Positions 25,780-38,297 of a stretch of 64,000 nt of DNA are shown here, one piece after another. A program made the translations under genes and the position numbers. Position 1 is the first letter of the stretch, and every line of letters begins with the position of its first letter. The notes under the pieces were generated by a model. That model did no database searches. It worked only from the letters and a program-made list of their open reading frames with translations, and was not told the origin of the DNA. The stretch covers positions 13,704,001 through 13,768,000 of the forward strand of contig NW_024704742.1 in assembly GCF_018977255.1 (NCBI RefSeq). Reading direction: 5' to 3'. This stretch comes from Callorhinchus milii. Lineage: Eukaryota.

Positions 25780-26160
25780 CATTTGTAGAAGCATTTGTTT
25801 CTCAATAACGTTTCTCTGGCAGTGTAAGGATTTTCATGCTTTCAGATGAAATAAGAACTGGAGAAGACATGGTACTTGAGGAGACATGGATGTTTTAAGG
25901 TATCTCTGAGTGGAGAGGCAATGGTGGGATCTAGATAAAAAAAGCTTGAGCATGTGTCAAAATATTACTTTAACATTCGATTTTGTGGTGGCTAGGAGGT
26001 AATAAAATGAACACAGTACATTTCTGGAGAAAGCTGATCTGAAAATCAAAAAAATTGAAATAAGGAGGATAAATTGGGGGAAACATGGGAGAGAGCAAAA
26101 TTCCAAAATGGAATGCTTTCAAGAGAGTTTGAAAAATATTGATAGGATCATGTGAAGTAC
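25780..26160 (+). mobile_element. old CR1 3' relic
   Basis: Decayed equivalents of LRGDLIEVFK and TRGHSLK coding sequence and of the 3' UTR. Confidence 0.4.
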
Positions 26161-26289
26161 AATGTAAGTATCAAAGTAGAGAGGTGAAAAAATAACATAA
26201 CAAATATGACAGATACAATTTGATAAGCATCACATTGATCTGTTATGAAATGTTGCATTGCTTCATCCATTCAACTATGTGGGAACTCA

Positions 26290-26650
26290 CTCACTCATGT
26301 GAACTCATGTTGCCTAAGCTGACACTGAAATGCAATGCTGGGGGTGTGCTGGCTTGTTGGAGATTCCACTGTTTGGATGAGACATTAAACCTAGGTCCTG
26401 TAGATGTGCCAAAGGCACTGTTCAAAAAAGAGAAGGGAGTTTCTCCTGATTTCCTGACCAACAATCTCCCATAATAAAACAAGTTGGTTCTTCACTTCAT
26501 GGTTGTTTATAGGACGTTACTGATCACAAATTAGCTGTTATGATCATTTACAAAATACACAGTCTTTACAATTAACTCTGTCTTTGAGACATCCATCCTG
26601 ATGTGAAAGGTCCTATATCAAACGTAAGCATTATTATTACATTATTATTC
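26290..26650 (+). mobile_element. older Deu-domain-type SINE
   Basis: GCTGACACT...GGATGAGACATTAAACCTAGGTCC...GGCACTGTTCAAAAAAGAGAAGGGAGTTTCTCC, as in the Deu core of AmnSINE1/SacSINE1 (from memory). Confidence 0.75.
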
Positions 26651-26914
26651 CTAAAGATTGGCCTCTTAGCAGGCTCAATTTTGTTTTGATCCTCGATCCA
26701 GTGTTTGAGTGCTGTTGCATAGTATACCAATAAACGTTAAGCGATATCTTATTCTAGCTACACTCAATCTCCCCAATGAGCAGAAATTGGGTGGAGACAT
26801 CTTAGGGCCCAAGAATTTGTGGGACAGGTGCATGACTCCAGAAATAGGAGAAACACTAACCCACACTTCTCTTTTTAGATCTGAAATTCATCTGAAAATG
26901 TGAAAATTTCCAAA

Positions 26915-27080
26915 TAGATATGTAGATTTCTATACAGAAACATATATTTATATATAGAATTAGAGATTTCTAATATACAACTATAGATTTACATAAATAC
27001 CTATACTTTTCCAAATCAGCCTATGGATTTCTGTAAATACTCATAGATTTTCAAATCAATCTATAGATTTTCATATAGAC
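26915..27080. repeat. degenerate 20-21 bp tandem repeat
   Basis: Recurring CTATAGATTT-like unit, about 8 copies. Confidence 0.7.
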
Positions 27081-28667
27081 CAATAATAAAGCTTGCATTT
27101 GATGTCTTTATCAATCTATGAATGGCTTTGGAAAAATAATTTGAACATAGTGCAAGGAAGGGGTGTGTCTACAAAATACAAATTGTGCGTTAAACTTTCA
27201 TTTTGAATCCATAATATACAATCCAATTAAACAATACAAAACGACTTATGTTTTATAGTGCACCTTTCATGTCAGGAGGAGTCTCAAAGGGTTTATTTTA
27301 AAATATATAATCTTTTGCACAACCATCTGCACAGCAGAGCATTACATGCCAAAGGTACCGACAACAAAAATCTATTTTCTGTGCTCTGTCCTTCCAAACT
27401 CTCCATATGCTTTCTTGTCCTCCTGGCTGTTCCTTACTCAATTCCTTTAACCTCCTGCATCCACCTCCATATGCTCTCTGGTGAATTACATTTACTCTTG
27501 TGGCATTTTTCAAACAATCCTCGATGGATTATGTCCACCCCCACCACCCCTCCTCCTCTCCAGCTAGCTGGCTGCATCCCCTCAATGTGTTTTTTGTGGA
27601 ACAGACAGAGAAAAGGCTTGTAATGATTTCAGAAAAGAAAAGCTAACCTGAAATTTAATCTACACCTGGATCATTATGTGTGTTTTGAGTTAAATTGCAC
27701 CCAATTATTGTACTTCTCTTGTTTGAACATTAAGTAAATACATACAAAAGCATTTAATGGGGAAACAACATTCAGCTCATTAAATCCTCTTGTACCACAG
27801 GCTATATTGCATTTTTTGTGTACGTAGTACCTATTATATATGGGACCTCAACTCCACTGTCTTTTGATGGAAGTTCTTCAGAGATTCCCTGAAATTCCCA
27901 AAGACAATCAAACAATAACTCCAAAATATTAATCCATTCCTCGCACTATTTTATCCTTGTGTTCCTTTACTGGTTGCGGCAGCACATAATCCTTTGTGTT
28001 CCCGTGGGTTGTATGTTGCAAGATCTTTACTCGATTATTAAATACTATTCAACACTGTAGAAAAAAACTGTTGATAGTAAGTCCCATGTTATTTGTTACA
28101 GAGTGATATGTACAGAAATTCTTCACTTTGTCAGTCAATGTTTCTCTCTTTTTTTGAAGCTATGGACCTGCAATACTGACAGAATATTAATAATCCAAAG
28201 GTTCTCCCCTTGGTAGTGGCTATTAAAAACAAGGAAGAAGAGTCTCATATTTTTATAACTCTTATCACGTCAAGGTGTCTCAAAGAATACCTCAAGAAAT
28301 ATATGTCAACTGTGATGCCTGGTTATGTAGGCTTTTTCAGCTTGGTAGACCGATCCTCAGGAAAATATGGGAATAGGAACTGAAATGTTTTAGTTAACAG
28401 ATCCAATGTGAATTCATCCAAGTTAAGACAGTGTCCCACAAAACGACATTGAAACAATGTGCTCCTGTTCTATATCCTACATTTCCCCGGGTACTTGAAT
28501 ATCATATCTCCAACACAAGCAAAATATTTTAAGAAACTAAGCTTTTGCATCACTGGAAAAACAAACTTTTAAAGCAAGTAAAATTATTCAAAAAAAGTGA
28601 GTTTATACTTGCATTTGAATTCTGTTTTGGACATTATTTATACATTTAAACCTTGAGATGACTTTTA

Positions 28668-29455
28668 CACAGCACGCTTGCCTCTGAGTCAGAAGGTTAT
28701 TGGTTCAAATCCATGTCAAGACTTTAAACTCACAATTTAGGCTGTCACTTCAATATATTGGTCAGGCATTGCTTTGTTGGAGGTGCCATTGTTGGTATGA
28801 GTCATTAAACCAAGGTCCAGTCAGCCTGTTCAGGTAGATATTTTGTGGAGTCCTGCAGCTCAGTGGTTAGAGCACTCACCTCACAAGTGGGTTCAATTCC
28901 CAGGCAGGGCGAAATGTTGGGTGAGTTTCCTCACTCCACCTGCTTCTGTTTACTTAGCATTAAGTAGGAACCCGGTTGTTAGTCGATTGGCAGATCGCTT
29001 TTCTGGGGATAAAAATCTCTCAAGAAAAGAAAAAACAATAATAATTTGGTGACTCAATCCATGCCTGCTTGTGAGACACTGCTGTGCACAATTGACTGCC
29101 ACGTTTCGCCCACAAATATACATTCAATTCACTTTACAGCATATTCTGTGAAGCGCTTTGAGACGTCTAGAAGACGTGAAAAGCGCTATATAAAATGGAA
29201 GGATTATTATTATTATTATTATTATGATCATTATTATTATCATTCGAAACAGAAGGGATTTTTTCCTGGTATCCTGGTCAACCATTCCCCAATTTAAAAA
29301 AATTAATTTCATGACTGTTTGTGGAATATTGCTGTAAAAGTTAGTTGCCATGTTTTGCCACAAAATGCAGTCACTGCATTTTACAATAATTCTTGAGACG
29401 TCCTCCACATGTAGAAGGTGCAATATCAAAAGTAAAGATTAATATTATTATTAAT
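28668..29455 (+). mobile_element. older Deu-domain-type SINE interrupted by a young SINE
   Basis: Head GCCTCTGAGTCAGAAGGTT..GGTTCAAATCC and core up to CAGGTAGATA (28840); resumes at about 29243 (TTCGAAACAGAAGGGA..TCCTGGTCAAC). Confidence 0.8.
28844..29240 (+). mobile_element. tRNA-derived SINE, long subfamily
   Basis: GTGGAGTCCTGCAGCTCAGTGGTTAGAGC head; tail loop TAGAA; (TTA)n. Confidence 0.93.
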
Positions 29456-30454
29456 AATTGTTATCTTGGCATAACAAACATACATGCATGAAACATGATA
29501 GCATTCTTACGGGTAAAAGACAACAACACTTTTGCAACTGACTCCATCAAAGCATTCTGCCAATTAATCAGGCCCCAGGCAATTGATTATATCTATACAC
29601 AGCAAGTTAAATGAAGACTCATAATGACAGGGTATGTCACACATGTTAAATCTCAATTGAAAATGAAAGAGCTGGGTAATGATGAAGCACCTCACAGCCC
29701 GGTACACATATACAGAATGAAAATTATCACAATTTCGGAAGGTCTTTCTCAAGCTATTGTTGAGTAACCTGACATTAATTTTCAATAATGGCAAACAGTA
29801 ATGCAGCAATACATCATATTTCACCATAATACACACAATTAATAGAATTTTAAAAGGCGAATATTTCACAGCAACCCACTTTACTCGTGCACACATACAC
29901 ACACATACTCTTCTACAAGTTTATTTGGAGACGAGACAAGCACACTGATGGTTCTCCAATACATACTCCAAATATAATTTCTGCAATCCTAAAGAACGTA
30001 CACCAACTCTGCTCTGACTTCTCTCACACAATATTCACGAGCAAGCTGAAGGTCCTTTCAGTGTTCAGTCCCTGGTTTAAAATCCCTGCCTAGAGTATCC
30101 AGTAAATTCTTATTGATAGTGTTATTCAGTTACTCTTATCATACTAAGTTTTTCTACCTCTGGACTATCAGAAAAAAGCACTTCACCCTTAATTTTACAG
30201 TTTATCAATTGCAACAAATCTCACCAGAAAATGACCTTCCCAAAATATCTTCTTGCACTAATCGATGTGCACATGTCTAGCAGTTAATATATGCTGTTCG
30301 GTTGTTATGAACGGATTATGATCAAAACCCCTGACTGTCCAGCACCCTGGGACATCTTGTTGTTATACATCTGTATTTTATGCCAGTATTCTATATCGCA
30401 ACTTCTTATTGACTGGAAAATTACATTATCCCTAGCACAATTACTGTTATATAT

Positions 30455-30725
30455 AATCATAATAATAATCCTTGCATTTGATACAGCACCCTTCACATTT
30501 TCAAGATGTCTCAAAGTGCCTCACAGGATTTCACTGTCAACTGGAGTGACTGTGTAGGCAAACCAAGTAGTTAAATTGCTCACAGCAGTGTCCCACAAAC
30601 AGCCATGAAGCGAATGATCAATTTTATTTGGAGGGTTATTGGCCAGGACACCGGGAGAAACTCCCTTTTCTTTTTGGATAGCACCATATTGTCAACTTGA
30701 ACAGACAAACAAGACATTGGTTGTA
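30455..30725 (-). mobile_element. older Deu-domain-type SINE, 3' part
   Basis: TTGGCCAGGACACCGGGAGAAACTCCC and shared tail. Confidence 0.8.
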
Positions 30726-31349
30726 CTAAAAGCTACGAATATCACATTGGTTTTGCACCGGTCAACCTAAAAATCTCATACACTTGTCAAGAGGAATCTT
30801 TGGACCAAAGGAATAGCATAATCTGCCCTGATACTTATTTATTCCCGCAAATGATGTACTGGAGGTAAAGTGAAATGAAAAGAGTGTAATTAAGGACTGA
30901 ATTGCAAACTGAAGGCTGAACTGTTTGGATTTTCATCTGAGACTTCAAGCCAAGAGATCAGAGGAAAAGATGCCAATAGATGAAGAAAGATTAATCCCAC
31001 CATAAGTGTAGCTTGCAAAATCATTACATTTAGAAACATGGGGAATTCAACTGTCCCTCCTCATGTTTCAAAGGAATCATTTATAAGAGATTAATTATAT
31101 CAACTCGTCTTTGATTTAAAGTGATCAATAGCTCTTAACAAAATGCACTTAACAAAATGGTACAAATGTTTTAAGGATCTGGACATTGTTTTCTGGCACG
31201 AACGTGTGATACAAAATAAATTGTTCTTCTCTAATAGAAATATATATATATATATAAATAGTATATGATTGGACCCTTCCAAAACTAAGAACCTTTAATA
31301 GGAATTCAAGAATGCTCTCCGGCAGGACTTTCACCAAGTAAATCTTACA

Positions 31350-31570
31350 ATAAATAAATAATTCTTACATTTGATAGCATACCTTTCATTTAAGGAAGAT
31401 ATCTGAAAGCGCTTCACAGGATATAATGTAAAGTCTGGTAGCTGTACATTTTGCAGGCAAATGCAGCAGTCAATTTGGGCACAGCAATGCCCCACAAACA
31501 ATCATGAAGTGAAAGTTTGATTTTTATTTGAGAGATTGTTGGCAAGGACACTGGGAAAAACTCCCTTCTC
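31350..31570 (-). mobile_element. older Deu-domain-type SINE, 3' part
   Basis: TTGGCAAGGACACTGGGAAAAACTCCC and shared tail. Confidence 0.75.
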
Positions 31571-31909
31571 TAATCTTCATGTAAAAATGTACTATTCCCA
31601 ACAAAAAAAATTCACTTACGTCTACAAGATAAAATCCGACAGCTAACAGAAATTTGTGAGAATTTACCTCTGGGCGGTGCGGGGATGGGCTTCCGTTATT
31701 GAATTGGGTGGAGTGTTTGCATAGAGAGACATAGGAGCCAAGAAGAGACTTCCTGGTGATAGGTAAGAGGGGTGATATCACAATGTCAGTGAAGAGACAT
31801 TGTATCACTTTTGTGTGAGATCCTATTTCTGGCTCTGAGAGAGAGATGCATGAGAGCATGAGATGGGGGAAGTCAGAACACAGAAGAAGTGAAACAGCAA
31901 GAAATCTGT

Positions 31910-32180
31910 ACACAAGCAGCCATGAATGACCAATTTTACCTGGGATGGTTGGCCAAGATGGTGAGAGAAATTCCCTTCACTTTTCAAATAGTGTCATAGA
32001 GTCTTTAATGTCCACCTGAACAGGTAGTCGGGATTTGGGTTTCATGTGTCATCCGAAGGACAGCACCTCAAGCAAAGTAGCGCTCCTCCAGCACTGTATT
32101 GGAGTGTTAACTTAGAGTGTGAGTTCAGTGTCCTAATGTAGGGTGAGAATGAAAGTATTACAAACTGAGCAAGGCTGACA
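31910..32180 (-). mobile_element. older Deu-domain-type SINE, 5' and core part
   Basis: TCTTTAATGTCCACCTGAACAG...TCATCCGAAGGACAGCACCTC. Confidence 0.75.
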
Positions 32181-32659
32181 CTGCTTTTTTTCTACTAGTG
32201 TGATTGATGCACATCATTTATTAGAGTGCTTTTTTCTTGAAAAATTAGCCAGTTTACTGTTAAATAACCTCATCTTTTTTAATGTAATTCTTAAACTCAT
32301 TTACAAATGTGACTGCCTTCAGTTTTGTAGAATGAGCTGTAATTCATCCCAATTATGTGAATGGAATTTTGAAAATCGGAAGTGAAACAAGCTACTAATT
32401 TCTTGTTGAGTTACGTCTCATTACTTTGCAATCACAACTAGATGAGTTTTCACAGTGATATTTTTCTTTTTTTTATCAGAGATGTTTCCCAAAAGTTTCT
32501 ATCTGTATAAAAAAGCATTGATATTGTTCTGGTCAAACATTTCAACACTAAATTTGTAGGCAAAGTTTTATTGCAGCCAGTTGTAATAAGAGCATAAAAT
32601 GATAAAAAAATCTGAAATGTGGGAATCTGTGATATGTAAATGGAAATTCCGTCTGATAT

Positions 32660-33020
32660 CTGGGACTGTTAGCACATAATCTATGCAGATACTCCAATGC
32701 AGTGATGGGGTGTGCTCCATTGTCAGTGGTCCTGTCCTTCAGGTGAGACGTTAAACCAAAATCCCTGTTTAGATGGATGTTAAAAATAACATTGGCAGAA
32801 CTCGAAAAGAGAATGGGGCTTCTCAGTGTCCTGGCCAACAATCTCCAAGATAAAATTGGTCATTCACTTCATGGCTGGGGACAATGCTGTGCTCAAATGG
32901 GCTGCTACGTTTGCCTGCAAATACAGTCGCTGCACTGTATAGTAAAATCCCATGAAGTGCTTTGGGATATTTCAATAACATAATAAGCTGTTATAGCAAA
33001 TGCAAGGATTATTATTATTA
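32660..33020 (+). mobile_element. older Deu-domain-type SINE
   Basis: GGTGAGACGTTAAACC...GTGTCCTGGCCAACAATC...AAATGCAAGGATTATT. Confidence 0.8.
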
Positions 33021-33677
33021 ATAAGTACTACCTGTCATTCCATCACTTGCTGCTTTTGTAGTTGGGTTTTTTGGATTTATAGCACCATTTATTATTTAGA
33101 AAATCTATTTGAAAACAAGAAAACATCCATTCTGCCACCAGACCCACTTCCTCTATGGCTATGTGACCATTTCATAGAAATATACTATGCGCAAACTTTA
33201 GAATTTTAATATCAGACTTTTTAATGTTCACACACAATCTTATGCCTACCAAAATGTGTGGCATTAACCTGGAGGCCAGACAAAACACAGGCATAAATGA
33301 ATAGCATAGAAACGTACCACACAGTGGGAGGCTTTCTGGCCTTTTTTTGCATCAGTGTAATGAATTGGAAAAGTCAGAAGATCAGGCCAACAACCACTTT
33401 GTCTGTCTTTAGTGCTACTCTCAGTATTCTACTCACAACCCTGAGTTCAAGTGATTGAGTGAGAATGTTTTATATCGCTGAATTATCGCAGCTAGTTATT
33501 TTGTATTTAGCTTTGTACAATTAAATTCTGCATCCCAGGACTTTGCTGTCCTAAATATTTGTCACTTTCAGACCACAAGACTAACTTAACTGCTAGAACA
33601 ACCAAATTATGAAAGCTAATGTAGATTTATCCTCTTCCCCCAACCTAATGCAGGTTAGCTAATATATTCGTAAGGCT

Positions 33678-34005
33678 AACTTGCACACAACATTGTCCCA
33701 CAAACTGCTATGAAGTAAATGGCAAATTTTATCTGAGGATTGTTGGCCAGGACACTCCACCCTCTTTTCAAATATTATCTTTGGTTCTTTAATGTCCACC
33801 TGAACAGACAGATGGGACCTCGGTTTAACATCTAATCTGAAAGTCAGTACTTCAAAAACAATGCAGCATTCTGACAAACAATTCATCAGAGTGTTAGTCT
33901 ATCATCTCAAAGTTTCTCAGCTCATGGGCTCAAAGTATAGTCCAATGTGGGAGTTGAATCCACAATCTTCTGGCTCAGAAGTGAGACTACTACCAACTGA
34001 GCTAA
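33678..34005 (-). mobile_element. older Deu-domain-type SINE
   Basis: GATTGTTGGCCAGGACAC...CCACCTGAACAGACAG..ACCTCGGTTTAAC, with head at 33945-34005. Confidence 0.8.
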
Positions 34006-34297
34006 CATTTACATGAATAGGATGAAGCTCACCAGGAAAGCTGTGACAGAAATTTTCTACCAGTCACACAAAGAGCTGTAGTTACATTGCAGCATTACAA
34101 CTGCATTTGGGGTCAGTGAGCACCACCAGTACCATCTACTGTTAAGCCACTGGGACATTCCAGACACCCACAACAGATATATTGAGAGGCAGCGTTTTTT
34201 ACCTACTGTTGCATCGAGGAAGTATTGTCAGACCACACATTATATGAACCTTCAGACCAGCCAGGGATGTAGATAAGCGCCAGAATTTATAGACTCA

Positions 34298-34870
34298 CAG
34301 GATCACAGAAATTTACAAGAACAACAAAATTACATTTGAAGTCCTGTAGCTCAGTGGTTAGAGCACTCGCTTTGCAAGCGACAGACCTGAGTTCAATTCC
34401 AGGCAGGGCGAAACCTTGGGCAAATTTCCTTACTCCACACGCCTAATAATAATCCCTCCAAAAAACTAAAAACAATAAGAAATTGGTCATTTTCAATCTA
34501 CGACTGTTTGTGGGACATTGCTGTGCGCAAATGGCTGCCGCGTTCGCCCACAAATATACAGTCAATTCACTTTACAGTGTGTTCTGTGAAGCTCTTTGGG
34601 ACGTCCTCCGGACGTGAAAAGCGCTATATCAAATGCAAGGATTATTATTATTATTATTATATTATTATTTATACAGAGTCTTTCAGTTTGGAAGGATGTC
34701 CCAAGCAGAAGGAGGTCATTTGGTCCATTGAGTCTGCACCAGTTCTCAGAAGAAGCTGTTCATTCTATCCTATTTCTAATCTCTTCAAGTCTCTGTCCTG
34801 TATATACCTGCTTCCCTCCCTCTTGAAACCCACAATGGACTCTGCCTCTGCCATCTTACTTGGGAGGGCA
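34298..34870 (-). mobile_element. CR1 3' relic hosting an L2 tail and a SINE
   Basis: CAGAAATTTACA (34306-34317) continues as GCAGAAGGAGGTCATTTGGTCCATTGAGTCTGCACC (34705). Confidence 0.65.
34337..34668 (+). mobile_element. tRNA-derived SINE, short subfamily
   Basis: Complete head, body and tail with long (TTA)n. Confidence 0.95.
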
Positions 34871-37134
34871 TTGGTTCTCTTGACAGAATCACAAATGGAT
34901 CCAGTGAACTCTGTAATTTAGCAGTGTATTTTCATATTCACATATTTACATACCTAGAATTTTTATAAAATATCGTGTTCAGTTCTTGCTTTAAAAGCAT
35001 TTTGAATTGTTCACAACTGAATCTTTATTTTAGACACATTTCAAAACTGGCATACTGCATTGCTGGTGGAGTACATTAGTATTTCATTTTAAAAAATGAT
35101 AAAATTTGCTTTACTCCCGATGTTAAGAATATGGTGACTGTCAAGACACTGGTTAAAAACAGTAGCACTTGTTATTCATGAATCCTCTGCAATCTCCATC
35201 TCCATCACATGCCATCAATCCACAGTGCCTTGTGCATGATGAGAAAATAGACAGACTTCGTCATGCAGTGCTTTCGTGCAGTTCCCTGATTTGGTTATCA
35301 CACATTCACAGTCAAACAGCTAAGTACCCAGAGTAATCATACAGGGGGATAAGGAACACATCGCCACCCAAATGCACCGTTAATCCTTCTGAAAATCCAC
35401 TTCAAAAATGGCTTAGTTTATTCAGTCTGCTGCCCCTTAGATACTAATAACTTGAAAGGAAAGAGGTTTTCTATATGATTATGTGACATTTCACAAGGAA
35501 TGATGGTGTTGATGCACTGACCACATCCATCTTCTCACATGTGCAAATGCAAGCTGCTCATTTTTTTTCCGTTTTTCATTTCACCACAGTCGGACATTCC
35601 CCAGGGTCTTTTGGAGTACGAGCACAATCTGACTTGGCTTTTCTGCCAAAAGTGTCAGCTGCCTGATAAGAGCTAATGATCAATATCTGGTAGTAGAAAA
35701 GGTTTGTAGGAAAGCTGCAGCTTAATCTTTGCTGCAAGACTATGCAGGGCCGTTTACAGACTGTTAGAATGATAATTATTCAGTGGGAAAACAAAGCTTA
35801 TCCAAACTTGGTCCATAAGGAGAGATGTTAACAGCTTGTCTCAACAGCAGCCGTCGAGATCCTTAACAAACCTTCACTCAGCTGTGTTCTCCTTTCTTTA
35901 TCACTATGAATTTGCTGACAATTATGTCTATGCAGATCTGTAAAATTCTTTAGCTTAAAGTGTTCATGATTTTCCTGTCATTTTCCAACCATCAATGTCG
36001 GGTGGCCAATGACTTGTTTAATGTCAGGCTTCACGTGTCTATTGTTCTCTATCACCAACAATCTCTGTGACTATCTTGTCAATCTCCTCAAACAGAACAT
36101 ATGTAACTGCAGTTGAACCCAATTAAAATTAAAAGTAAGGATCCATAAACATCTAAAGCGAGGCATGTTTTACTGCTTATGAGGGAAGCTAGCCTGCTTG
36201 CTCTCTGTCACCACTGTTTATAAAAAAATTGTACTTCTGGGACATTGGGTGATTGCTGCTATCACTTCCTGTTTACTGTACATGAACAAAGCAGAAAGTG
36301 CTGACCTGTTGGTTTAGAATTTGGTCACATTTAGCGCTCAGGAAGGCACTATTATTGTTACTTAAAAATCCCCACTGTATAGGCCAGCAATCCCTCAAAT
36401 AAAATTGGTCATTCACTTCATGGCTGTTTGTGGGAGATGATTAGGTGTAAATTGACTGCAGTATTTCACCCTCAAATATCCAGTCACTAAACAGTAACAC
36501 AGAAATACAGCTTTGATGAGACGATAAGGTGCAGTATCAAATACAAAGATTATTATTATTGGATCACTACCAATGTAATTTTCTGTCTGTCTTACATCAG
36601 TGGCAATCTAATGACCTGGAATTTCAGCTGGAAACCATCTAGCTTGCCATTGAAAGTACTTTCTGGCAAGCTTTCCATTGCTATCCAGCAGGGTTAAAAG
36701 GAGACGGATAATTCTGGGCCCCAGTGATTTTTTCCTTTGTTTCCCAAGTGGTAGGTTCAATGTTGCTTTGTAGGTTTCTGCTTTAGTTGCAAAATTTTCC
36801 TGATGTCCCTGTTCTTTTTCACGTGTGACGATTATCATAAAACAGTGATGAGATATTCTTTCAGTCTTTGTAAGGTGTACATTCCCCCAAATAAAAGTCA
36901 GAAGTAGGGTACAGTCAGTTATATTGAGATAGATACCTTGGCTGCCCTCAACAGGAATGTTACAGAAACCCAAGTTAAATGTTTGCTCAGGGAAAGGAGG
37001 AAACAGTAATGGTTCAAGGCTGCAAGTTAATTTATTTTGTGTTGGTCCAGTTTGCCCCAGGCATGGATGCATATGTTCAAAACCAAATATAGGCATTTCA
37101 GAATAAAGGAATATCAGAAATGGTGTTTGTAGAT

Positions 37135-38297
37135 CAATACTGTGGACCACTCCTTTCCTCATCTCAACCTTCAACGTTCCATCCTTGAATGGTTCAGGTC
37201 TTATCTCTCACACCATCTCCAATTTGTCGGTTTCTCTTACAGACCCCACAGTCTCGTGTGGTGTTCCTCAGGGCTCTGTCCTTGGTCCTCTCCTCTTCAA
37301 CCTCTACATGCTGTAATCATCTGCAGACATGGGGTCAACTTCCACATTTACGCAGATGATACCCAACTCTATCTCTCTGTCTCTACCTTTGATTCCAGGA
37401 CAACTGACGTCCTGGCAGACTGTCTGTCTGACATCAAGTCCTGGATGAGAGCTAACTTTCTACAGCTGAATGTCAGCAAGACTGAGGCCCTCCTGATTGG
37501 CTTACACCTCAGACACTGGCAGCATCAGCATTCACGGTTGCACACTCTACCTCAGCAAGCCAGTTAGGAACCTGGGCATCTTGTTCGACCCTCAACTGTC
37601 CTTTCTCCCCCATATCCATGCCATGACCCACTCTGCCTTCTCCCATCTCTGCAACATTGCCGAACTCCGTCACTGCCTCACCCCTCAGGCGCCGAGATCC
37701 TCATACACTCATTCGTCACCTCAAGGCTCGACTATGGAAACTCCCTCCTTGTCAGCCTCCCCAAGTCTTCCTTCCAGAAGTGGCAGATTATCCAGAACTC
37801 TGCAGCTTGTAACCTCTCCCGCACCAGGCTCCGTGACCCCATCACCCCCACCCTCGCCCAGCTCCACTGGCTTCCTATTCCTCAGAGGATAGAATTCAAA
37901 ATCCTCATCCTCACTTTCAAGGCCCTCCGCAACCTTGCACGCTCCTACATCTCTGACCTACTGACCACCTATCAACCTGTCCGCTCCCTCCACTCAGCCT
38001 GCTCCAGGTCTCCTGCCTGACCCACCCTACCATCAGCGGCCGGGCTTTCAGTCTCTCTGCCCTCACTCTTTGGAACCACATCCCACAATCCCTTTGTCTT
38101 GCTCCCTCTCTTGCCTCCTTCAAGGAGTGACTCAAGACCCTCCTTTTTGACCATGCCTTCAGCTACCTTCCTACCCCCTCTGCTGACTCTCATCCAGCCC
38201 TGCCCCCCATGCTCGAATCCTGATCCTTGATTGTTCAGCGCCTTGGGATGTCCTCCAACGTGAAAGGCGCTTTAAATTTTGTTATTTGTTGCTGTTG
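37135..38297 (+). mobile_element. L2 LINE 3' portion (RT to tail)
   Basis: HGVNFHIYADDTQLY, LQLNVSKTE, VRNLGILFD; 3' stem-loop. Confidence 0.93.

Noticed and set aside
34339..34410. tRNA-Ala(TGC) gene (and similar heads elsewhere)
   Set aside because: Always attached to the SINE body and tail, with an irregular T arm; these are SINE heads.
36608..37174. 188-aa ORF
   Set aside because: Starts inside an antisense L2, has no recognisable domain and no splice support; consistent with chance.
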